A stretch of DNA of 64,000 nucleotides from an uncultured Collinsella sp. (GTDB lineage Bacteria > Actinomycetota > Coriobacteriia > Coriobacteriales > Coriobacteriaceae). Under the pieces are notes generated by a model. It did not search any database and had not been told where the DNA came from. It was given only the letters and a program-made list of their open reading frames with translations. The stretch lies in assembly GCA_902489945.1 (NCBI GenBank), contig CABUBZ010000002.1, positions 11,666-75,665 on the forward strand, written 5' to 3'. The stretch's first letter is position 1, and each line of letters begins with the position of its first letter. The translations under genes were made by a program, and so were the position numbers. Of this stretch, positions 27,444 to 36,855 are shown in pieces.

Positions 27444-28847
27444 TTCCGTGGTGTCGTCATTTTCGGCGAGCTGGGGGAACACGGCGTTTTTGGGCATGGT
27501 GACCTTCGTCAGCGAGGTGAGCTTTTTGCTCAGCGATGTATCCGTCTTGACCAGGTCGCTCAACGTCACGATTTTGTAGCCGTCGGCAATAAGCCCGTCG
27601 ATAATCTGCGGCAGCGCCTCGAGCGTCTGCTCGGAGCACTCATCGCTATCGGTGAGCAGCACGATATTGCCCGGCGTCACCGAATCCAGCACCGTCGAGA
27701 CCTGCTCGTCGGCACCGTTAAGCAGCCAATCGCCCGAATCGATATTCCACGAGACCACCGCGGACACCAAATCCATCGAGTCAATCCAGTTTTGCTCGTC
27801 AAAGGCGGCGTACGGGGCACGCAGCAGCATCGTCTTCACGCCGGTCGCCGACTTGATGGCGTCGGTGCCCTTCGAAATCTGCTTGCGCACCGTCTCGCGG
27901 TCCTCGCCCTTGAGCGAATCGTCGCTGTAGCTGTTGGAACCGACCTCGCATCCGGCATCGACAATCGCCTTGGCCGTCGCGGGGTCGCCCTCCACGCTAT
28001 CGCCCGAGAGGAAGAACGTTGCGGTGACGCCCTTCTCTTTGAGCACCTGCAAAATCTGTTTGGTAGCGCCGCTGGGGCCCTCGTCAAACGTCAGAGCCAC
28101 GACCTTCTCATTGCCCTTGGGCGCCACGCTGGCACAGGCGACGATGCAATCGGTGGCGGGCACGACCTCGCCGCGGTCCTGCGTCTTACCCGACTGTTCG
28201 CCGACCCACACCTCGGAACGGCCCTGGACGCCCCAGGTTTGCACGTACTCGATGGCACCCGTGCCCTCGACTTTGAGCTTGGGCTCGATGGTCGTAGCCT
28301 GCACCTCGTGCTTCTCGTAGACGTTGCGGCCTTCTTTAATCGTGATCTTCTCGCCGCCGGTAAGCTCGCGGCTATCCCACTTGCCCTGCTTTACGCGCTT
28401 GCCGTCAACCTTCGCCGACAGCTTTTCGCCGCCATGGCGCTTGAGCACACTGTCGTCGACCGCCAGCAGGTCGCCGGCGGAATAGGTGTCGGTCAGCTCC
28501 TGATCGTCGATAAGCGTCTGCAGCGTAGAGCCCACGCGCACCGCAGTCTGCTCTCCGTTGAGCGCGACGTCCACGCTACGGTTAATGTAGCCCACGACGG
28601 CGGCGACAAACAGTACGAACGCGCAGCCCACAGCGATGAGCGCGTAGGGCAGGCGAGACGAACGGCGGGGCGAACGCCCGTTGCCGATGCGTGCACTGCG
28701 GTCGCTAAACCCACGGCTATGGTTGAGGTACATCGCGCCGGGCTTACGGCGACGGCGACGCTGGCCGCTGGGCAGCTGCCCCAAGTCGCGACGCGCCGTC
28801 GGGCGCGCACTCGATCGCCCGTTAACATTAGATCCGTTTTGGCGCAT
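27441..28847 (-). CDS. Membrane-anchored CE4 polysaccharide deacetylase-like protein (catalytic motifs degenerate)
   Basis: VALTFDEGP, ATFF, LRAPY, WNIDSGDW; N-terminal basic tail and single TM. Confidence 0.85.
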   Translation of the reverse strand: MRQNGSNVNGRSSARPTARRDLGQLPSGQRRRRRKPGAMYLNHSRGFSDRSARIGNGRSPRRSSRLPYALIAVGCAFVLFVAAVVGYINRSVDVALNGEQTAVRVGSTLQTLIDDQELTDTYSAGDLLAVDDSVLKRHGGEKLSAKVDGKRVKQGKWDSRELTGGEKITIKEGRNVYEKHEVQATTIEPKLKVEGTGAIEYVQTWGVQGRSEVWVGEQSGKTQDRGEVVPATDCIVACASVAPKGNEKVVALTFDEGPSGATKQILQVLKEKGVTATFFLSGDSVEGDPATAKAIVDAGCEVGSNSYSDDSLKGEDRETVRKQISKGTDAIKSATGVKTMLLRAPYAAFDEQNWIDSMDLVSAVVSWNIDSGDWLLNGADEQVSTVLDSVTPGNIVLLTDSDECSEQTLEALPQIIDGLIADGYKIVTLSDLVKTDTSLSKKLTSLTKVTMPKNAVFPQLAENDDTTE

Positions 28848-28919
28848 GTGCCCTCCCCCATAAACACAGCGAGCCGGAGTTACATGTCTCCGGCTCGCCT
28901 CCCATCGTTTGGTATGTCG

Positions 28920-29675
28920 CTATTTGTTAGCTTTCGACGAGCCCCCGCTCGCCTTTTGATATTCGTCCTTAAAGGCCTTGAACATGCCGCGTGTCTTGCC
29001 GAGCTGCTTGCCCAGCGCGCGACTGCCCTTGTCAACGGCAACCGAACCCTTTTCGTCGAGCACCTTGGCACCCTTTTTGACCTTGTCGCCCACCACGACA
29101 CTCGCCTCGGCAGCCTTGGCGGCCGCACCGCCCGAATACCCGAGCGTCTTGACCTCATCCGAGACGATCATCGCGCCGTTATCGTAGCCGCGCAGCATCG
29201 TCGGCGGCACCTGCGTGTCGCCCACCAACATGCTCGACGCAGCGCTGGCGGTCACATAGAACGTCTGCACAATGCCCGAACGCGGTTTGAACTCAACGTC
29301 CGAGCAATAGCCCACGGCATCGCCCGATTCCGTGCGCACGTCCATACCGACCCAGATAATGCAGTCGTCCAGGTTGATATCGAGGCGCTTGGCAGCGGCG
29401 GCATCATAGGTGCCCTTGGCGTCATCGACCGCGATGGCACCCTCGTAGACACCGACGGCATCGAGCGCCACAAACCGGTCGGGACGCTCGATCATGCCCG
29501 CGATATCGGACTGGCGAACCATAAATCCCACCACGCGCGTGCCGCCCGGCGAAAAGACCGGAAAGTGAATCTTACCGAGCTTTTTGGGGCTGCGCGGCGT
29601 GCCGTCCTTTTTAGTACGCTTGTCCTCGGCGGGCTTGCGGTAAACCTTGATGCCGACAAAATCCCCGGTGCGCAT
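28920..29675 (-). CDS. PRC-barrel domain protein
   Basis: GMDVRTESGDAVGYCSDVEF PRC pattern, two barrel-like halves. Confidence 0.7.
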   Translation of the reverse strand: MRTGDFVGIKVYRKPAEDKRTKKDGTPRSPKKLGKIHFPVFSPGGTRVVGFMVRQSDIAGMIERPDRFVALDAVGVYEGAIAVDDAKGTYDAAAAKRLDINLDDCIIWVGMDVRTESGDAVGYCSDVEFKPRSGIVQTFYVTASAASSMLVGDTQVPPTMLRGYDNGAMIVSDEVKTLGYSGGAAAKAAEASVVVGDKVKKGAKVLDEKGSVAVDKGSRALGKQLGKTRGMFKAFKDEYQKASGGSSKANK

Positions 29676-30064
29676 TATGCCTCGGTCGAAGGCTCCGCAG
29701 CCTCGGTGTCGGCCTCGACGGCGTTCTCGACCACGACATCGGCGGCGGGCGTCACGTTGCCACCCGAGATGGCATCGTTGAGCTGCTCGCGCAGTTGATC
29801 CATGCGCTCACGGGCCAAGTCGACCTTGGCACGCAGGTCATCGGTCTTGGCATCGACCATCGGGCCGAAGTCACTAACCGCGGCGCGGGCCTCCTCGGCA
29901 CCGTGCTCGTAGGTGTCGCGCATGTTATCCCAAGCATCGTTGGCGATATCGGCAGCCATGGCGCGGGTCTCGGCACCCGAACGCGGGGCCAGGGCAACGC
30001 CGATGATAGCGCCGGCGGCAGCACCAAAGAGCGCGCCGGAGACAAAGCTGAAAGTCTTTCCCAT
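29675..30064 (-). CDS. YtxH domain protein
   Basis: FVSGALFGAAAGAIIGVALAPRSGAETR. Confidence 0.85.
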   Translation of the reverse strand: MGKTFSFVSGALFGAAAGAIIGVALAPRSGAETRAMAADIANDAWDNMRDTYEHGAEEARAAVSDFGPMVDAKTDDLRAKVDLARERMDQLREQLNDAISGGNVTPAADVVVENAVEADTEAAEPSTEA

Positions 30065-30200
30065 GATCATTCCTCTCCTGCGGGCACCTCGGTGCCCACC
30101 GTTTGAATGCTGTCCATTATACCCGCAGCGCAACACTTGCCGCCCCGCTCATCTGCGTACGGTAAAAGCGCAGGTAGACGGCGGCGATAAACGCGTGAGC

Positions 30201-31046
30201 TTACTCCCGCGGCAGGGCCGGCATGGTCACCGTGGCGGCGGGGTCCTCGCCGGAGCCGTCCACGAGCGGCAGGCTGCCCTCGTGCGCAGGTCCTGCCGGA
30301 ACCGTTGCCGCACCGCCAAAGACGGCAGCGGGGACCTCGTGGCTCTCGACGGTCGCGCCTTCGGTATCAATAGCCACCTGCGGCTCGTCGTCAAAACTGG
30401 GAACGCCCTGGTGCTCGGCAGGCTCGGACTCAGACTCGGCAACCGTATCGGAAACGGGCTCGGTGGCGGTTTCACCGTCAACAGCGGCGTCGCCCTCAAC
30501 AGCATCCTCTGCCACGCCCTCGCCATTCGCGACGGCGACGGCCTCGTGCGGATCTTTGCCCTCGGCCTCGGCGCGCATGCCCAGCACCAGGTTGCGCAGG
30601 CCCGCGACCGTGCCCTCCACGTCGGGAGCCGGCTGGTCGGCGTGCAGGTAGGCCCAGTCCATCATAAAGGTGGCCGAAGACAGCGCACCGATGGTCAGCG
30701 CATCATCAGGGCACGAAAGCTCAATCTCAAAGACGCGCTCGTCGTGCTCGCTCACGCGGGTGCGGCCGCACGAAATGCTGCCCGCAAGACCGGTCTCGTT
30801 CATGAGCTCGACCGTCACGTGCTCAAGCAGGTGGCAAAGCTCGGTCTGGCCCATGCAGTCCTGGAACTCACGACCGGAATCACCCAGACACAAGTGCTTG
30901 GCAATCGCCGGCACCAGGTAATACACGCGCGCCGTGGCCTCGATATCCTCCGAGGTCATGAGCGGCATGCCGGGGTTCACCAGCACATGCGCGCAGATCT
31001 TGTCCTCGCTGACGGTGACCTTAAGGATGTTGAACAGGCCTGCCAT
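30201..31046 (-). CDS. Cyanophycin-synthetase-N-domain-like protein with acidic disordered tail
   Basis: HLC-x18-HLLEHVTVEL...GRT pattern resembles the CphA1 N domain; acidic/Ala-rich C-terminus. Confidence 0.55.
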   Translation of the reverse strand: MAGLFNILKVTVSEDKICAHVLVNPGMPLMTSEDIEATARVYYLVPAIAKHLCLGDSGREFQDCMGQTELCHLLEHVTVELMNETGLAGSISCGRTRVSEHDERVFEIELSCPDDALTIGALSSATFMMDWAYLHADQPAPDVEGTVAGLRNLVLGMRAEAEGKDPHEAVAVANGEGVAEDAVEGDAAVDGETATEPVSDTVAESESEPAEHQGVPSFDDEPQVAIDTEGATVESHEVPAAVFGGAATVPAGPAHEGSLPLVDGSGEDPAATVTMPALPRE

Positions 31047-31070
31047 AACTCTCCCCTACTCTTCCTTGCC

Positions 31071-32444
<1,374 letters not shown>

Positions 32445-32558
32445 CGGGAGTTTCTCGAACCTCCAAGATTCGGGACGTTAGGTAGTAAGCGTAGGTGACG
32501 GATAGGGCAGTTGCGCCCGGCGGCCGCTTGGATAGGTCCGCGGGCACAGACGCGATCG

Positions 32559-33242
32559 CTAGATTACGAAGAGGATCACCGCCATGAACTGGAAGATACT
32601 GCCGGCGAGCACCCACAGGTGAAACACACTGTGCAGGTAGCGCACATTTTTAGCGATGTAGAACGGCACGCCCACGGTGTAGCACACGCCGCCGACAGCG
32701 AGCAGGGCAAGTGCCACGGGGTTGAGCAGCGACACGAGCTCGGGCAGCTTAAAGACGACGAGCCAGCCCATCAGCAGATAGACCAGGCCGCTTACCCAGT
32801 GCGGCTGGCGCTCGCGCAGAAAGCACTCGAGGGCGATGCCGATAATGGCGATGGCCCATACGGCAAAAAACAGCACGGGGCCACCGTCGTTTGCCAGCGT
32901 GATGAGGCAAAACGGCGTATAGCTGCCAGCTATGAGCAGGTAGATGCAGCTGTGGTCGATGATGCGGAACACGCGCTTGGCGCCCGCGGGCTGAATCGCA
33001 TGGTAGAGCGTGGAGGCAAGGTATTCGAGAATAATGCTGGCGCCGTAGACGATTGCCGCGGCCATATGCGCCGGACCGCCACCGCGAAGAGCGGCAAATA
33101 CGATCAGGAGCACAAGGCCTGCGATGCCCAGCAGGCAACCGACACCATGGGTGACGGAGTTCATGATCTCCTCGCCCACCGTGTAGTGCGGAACGGCCGC
33201 GGCCCCAGGTCGCGGCTTGGAACTGTCGCTCGAATCGGACAT
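32559..33242 (-). CDS. Hemolysin III / PAQR family membrane protein
   Basis: EEIMNSVTHG, STLYH, DHSCIYLLIAGSYTPF, HSVFHLWV. Confidence 0.92.
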   Translation of the reverse strand: MSDSSDSSKPRPGAAAVPHYTVGEEIMNSVTHGVGCLLGIAGLVLLIVFAALRGGGPAHMAAAIVYGASIILEYLASTLYHAIQPAGAKRVFRIIDHSCIYLLIAGSYTPFCLITLANDGGPVLFFAVWAIAIIGIALECFLRERQPHWVSGLVYLLMGWLVVFKLPELVSLLNPVALALLAVGGVCYTVGVPFYIAKNVRYLHSVFHLWVLAGSIFQFMAVILFVI

Positions 33243-33428
33243 GCCGGTTACATCCTCCAATGTAAATAGTTCTCAATACTATATCAAAGCGTCTGGGTAC
33301 GTGCGAAATTTGCACCATATGTGGCCCTTTGTTTACCCATTCTTTGCTTGTTGACGCATCAACGTCGAACATCCATAATGCGCTTGTTTTAAATGTTGAT
33401 GTATTAACATCTTTAAGGAGAACCGTAA

Positions 33429-34394
33429 ATGCCTCAAAGCGCACACCCCCATCGAAAGCTTAAGATAACCGTCGTTGTTGCGCTGGCGCTCGTTGTCACG
33501 TTGCTCGGATTTGCCGGCAACTTTTTGTTTGACTTTGCCCTGAACCCCCAAGCGCCGTACACCATGAAGATGATGCAGGATGGCAAAGACGACAAAAAAG
33601 GTGAGCAACCGGATACCGAGGAAACCGAGGCGCGAGCGTGGTTTAAAGAGAACCGCGAGAGCAGCAGCCTCACCGCAGATGACGGAACCGAGCTTGCCGC
33701 TTGGTATTTTGCCGCCCCAGAGACCACACACAATTACGCTGTCTGCCTACACGGATACACCGATGAGCCCATCGGTATGGCCCGATACGCTAAACGATTC
33801 CATGACCGCGGCATGAACGTACTCGCACCCGCCGCCCGCGCCCACGAGCGCTCCGGCGGCGACTATATCGGCATGGGCTGGCCCGAGCGCCTCGACATCG
33901 TCGCATGGATCGAGCGAATCGTTCAGGCTGACCCCGAGGCGCGCATCCTGGTCTTTGGCGAGTCGATGGGTGCGGCAACCGCCATGAACGTCGCAGGGGA
34001 ATCTCTGCCCGCAAACGTAAAATGCATTATCGAGGATTGCGGTTATACGAGTGTTTGGGACGAGTTCTCTCTGCAGCTCAAGGACGTGTTCGGCCTGCCC
34101 AGCTTTCCCTTGCTCGATGTGGCAAACTTGGTATGCAACGTGCGCGCAGGCTACGACTTTCATAAGGCAAGCAGTGTGGAGCAACTCAAACACGCGACGG
34201 TTCCCATGCTGTTTATCCACGGCGATCAGGACACCTTTGTGCCGTACGACATGCTCGACCAAAACTACGACGCGTGCGCCAGCAAGGTCAAGCAAAAGCT
34301 CACCATCCATGGCGCCACCCACGCCAAGAGTGCGCAAGTTGACCCCAAGCTCTACTGGAATACGGTCAACAACTTCCTCGATAGGAATTTTTAG
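33429..34394 (+). CDS. Membrane-anchored alpha/beta hydrolase
   Basis: HGY, GESMG nucleophile elbow, IHGDQDTFVP, GATH. Confidence 0.88.
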   Translation: MPQSAHPHRKLKITVVVALALVVTLLGFAGNFLFDFALNPQAPYTMKMMQDGKDDKKGEQPDTEETEARAWFKENRESSSLTADDGTELAAWYFAAPETTHNYAVCLHGYTDEPIGMARYAKRFHDRGMNVLAPAARAHERSGGDYIGMGWPERLDIVAWIERIVQADPEARILVFGESMGAATAMNVAGESLPANVKCIIEDCGYTSVWDEFSLQLKDVFGLPSFPLLDVANLVCNVRAGYDFHKASSVEQLKHATVPMLFIHGDQDTFVPYDMLDQNYDACASKVKQKLTIHGATHAKSAQVDPKLYWNTVNNFLDRNF

Positions 34395-34431
34395 GGAAAA
34401 AGCGGCGTCTGGGGATTTACCTAACCCCCTA

Positions 34432-34563
34432 TTTTCGGAAGTATGCGGCAAAATCCGGAACTGCCAACCGGACCGCAGTTTTACCAACAATTTATCAGGG
34501 GTTTTGTTGCCAAAAAACGTCGTGCGCTCGGCAGTCTCAGAATTTGCCGCATACTTCCGAAAA
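34432..34563. repeat. 132-bp palindromic intergenic element
   Basis: Perfect 21-bp terminal IR TTTTCGGAAGTATGCGGCAAA (34432-34452 / 34543-34563) with inner imperfect pairing. Confidence 0.8.
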
Positions 34564-34645
34564 ACCGCCTGCGAGCACCGTGCTCACAGGCGGTTTTTGA
34601 TTGAGTTACGCAACAAAATCGCGTTCTTTGTCCAATAGGACGACG

Positions 34646-35851
34646 CTATTTAACCTCGATGAGCTCGTACTTGCTCGTGCCCAGGCCGATCTTTTCGGCG
34701 TGCGCAATGCACGCGCGCCAGTCGGTGTCGGGATGCGTGATGCAGAAGGGGTCCTTGGCCTGCTCGCCCTCCAGATGCTCGTGGTTATGCTCCATCTTGG
34801 CCGCGCTATCGGTGAGCTCGGTGTTGGGCAGCGGCTCGGATGCCATGACGGCATCGGCGCAGGCCTGGTCGATGGCGACCGGGTCGAAGCTCGCAAACAT
34901 ACCGATATCGTTGACGATAGGCGTGTCGTTTTCGGGATGGCAATCGCAGTTGGGGCTGATATCCATGGCAAGCGAGATATGGAAGCTCGGGCGGCCGTCG
35001 ACAACGGCCTTGGTGTACTCGGCGATCTTGCAGTTGAGCACATCGGCCGCGGCGTCATAGCCGGGCTTGATGCAGTCCTGGTTGCATGCCGCAATGCAGC
35101 GTCCGCAGCCCACGCAGCGATTGTGGTCGATAGCGGCGACGTGCACCGTGCGGGTGTTGCCGTTGGCAAGCTCGCGCTCGCGGGTGTCGTCGAACGAGAT
35201 AGCGTTGTGCGCGCAGATCTTTTCGCAGGCATGGCAGCCAACGCAGTGCTCGGTCGCGACGTTCGGCTTGCCGGCGGCATGCTGCTCCATCTTGCCGGCG
35301 CGGCTGCCGCCTCCCATACCCAGGTTCTTCATGGCGCCGCCAAAGCCGGCCTGCTCATGGCCCTTAAAGTGGGTGAGGCTGATCACGATATCGGCATCCA
35401 TGAGTGCCTGACCGATCTTGGCCTCGTGCACGTACTCGCCGCCCTCGACCGGGACGAGCTCCTCGTCGGTACCCTTGAGGCCGTCGGCGATGATGATCTG
35501 GCAACCCGTGGCATACGGGGTAAAGCCGTTCTGGTAGGCGGTGTCGATGTGCTCGAGCGCGTTTTTACGGCTACCGACATAGAGCGTGTTGCAGTCGGTG
35601 AGGAAGGGCTTGCCGCCCAGCTCCTTCACGACATCCGCGACGGCGCGGGCGTAGTTGGGGCGCAAAAAGCTCAGGTTGCCCAGCTCGCCAAAGTGAATCT
35701 TGATGGCGACGAACTTGTTCTCAAAGTCAATCTGCTCGATACCGGCGTGACGGATGAGGCGCTTGAGCTTGTCGAGCTGGCTCTCGCGAGCATGCGTGCG
35801 CAGGTTCGTAAAGTACACCTTAGCGGGTGCTGCGGGTGCAGTTGCGGTCAT
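34646..35851 (-). CDS. DUF362 domain / ferredoxin-type Fe-S protein
   Basis: KIHFGE, TDCNTLY, THFKGH, KNLGMG, two CxxCxxC clusters, PNCDC, SFDPVAIDQA. Confidence 0.85.
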   Translation of the reverse strand: MTATAPAAPAKVYFTNLRTHARESQLDKLKRLIRHAGIEQIDFENKFVAIKIHFGELGNLSFLRPNYARAVADVVKELGGKPFLTDCNTLYVGSRKNALEHIDTAYQNGFTPYATGCQIIIADGLKGTDEELVPVEGGEYVHEAKIGQALMDADIVISLTHFKGHEQAGFGGAMKNLGMGGGSRAGKMEQHAAGKPNVATEHCVGCHACEKICAHNAISFDDTRERELANGNTRTVHVAAIDHNRCVGCGRCIAACNQDCIKPGYDAAADVLNCKIAEYTKAVVDGRPSFHISLAMDISPNCDCHPENDTPIVNDIGMFASFDPVAIDQACADAVMASEPLPNTELTDSAAKMEHNHEHLEGEQAKDPFCITHPDTDWRACIAHAEKIGLGTSKYELIEVK

Positions 35852-35933
35852 AGATCTATCCCCTCGGTCTATATGGCGTTACAGACATAAGGGATGGTAC
35901 CAGTTAAAGCAGAGTTAAAGTCAAGTATGGCAC

Positions 35934-36060
35934 CTAGTCATTGGGGACACTCTTTCGACACTCGGCAGTTGGGGACAGCCCTTGCCAGCCCGGCCGGCGA
36001 ACCGGCGAATCGGCAAAGACTGCCCCCGATGACTAGTCATTTAAGTCTGTCCCCAATGAC
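35934..36060. repeat. REP-like cluster (GGGGAC-core units in inverted arrangement)
   Basis: CTAGTCATTGGGGAC... ...TAGTCATTTAAGTCTGTCCCCAATGAC; same family as 27415 and 40338. Confidence 0.75.
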
Positions 36061-36199
36061 CACTCTTGCTGGGCGCCTGCTGCTGGGTCGCCATCGCCTG
36101 CGTGAGCCTGGGCATGCAGCACGTCATCGGCGTCTGGCAGGAAAGGCGTCGCGTGGGACAAAATCCCCCGTCCCAAAATGCGTGTGATGTATGGTCGGC

Positions 36200-36847
36200 C
36201 TAGGAGGGCTTGCGCGCAACCAGGTGGGCACGGAAGCCTTTCTGCGCCTCGAGCTTGAGCAGGAGGAATCCGGCCCTCTCGGCGAGCGCGCGAAGCTCGG
36301 ACACCTTGCAGATCCGGACATCACCGTGACCCGCGAGGCGCGCCAACGGCAGCTCAAAGGTGTTCATGAGCCATACCACGAAGTCGCCCGACGTGTAGTC
36401 GCGGAGAATCAGGCGCCCGCCGGGGCGCAGGACTCGGGCCGCCTCGGCGAAGAACCTCTCGGGGTGCGGATAGTGATGGAAGCTGTTGGAGCAGAGCACG
36501 GCGTCGAAGCTTTGCGGCTCGAAGGGCAGGGCTTCGGCGTCCCCGACGACGAAGCGGACGTTTCCGAGCTGCTTGGCGCATGCCGCCTCGATCATTTTGG
36601 GCGTGAGATCGAGCCCCGTCAGGTGCTTGCCCGGGTATTCCCCGTGCAGCAGCTCCAGGACTGCTCCGGTTCCGCACCCCACGTCGAGCACGTCCTCGAA
36701 CGGCTCGAGCGCGAGCTCCTCGAGCATCTGCGGATAGTCGTCCTTGCACATCTCGTAGATCCCGGCATGGCCGGACTCGTAGATCTTCGCCGCCTCGGTG
36801 AACTCTTTGACGGAAAGCTGCTTGAGCTCTTCTGCCGATCTGGCCAT
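36200..36847 (-). CDS. Class I SAM-dependent methyltransferase
   Basis: VLDVGCGTG, GDAEALPF, SFDAV, FHHYP, RVLRPGG. Confidence 0.9.
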   Translation of the reverse strand: MARSAEELKQLSVKEFTEAAKIYESGHAGIYEMCKDDYPQMLEELALEPFEDVLDVGCGTGAVLELLHGEYPGKHLTGLDLTPKMIEAACAKQLGNVRFVVGDAEALPFEPQSFDAVLCSNSFHHYPHPERFFAEAARVLRPGGRLILRDYTSGDFVVWLMNTFELPLARLAGHGDVRICKVSELRALAERAGFLLLKLEAQKGFRAHLVARKPS

Positions 36848-36855
36848 GAGCCCTC

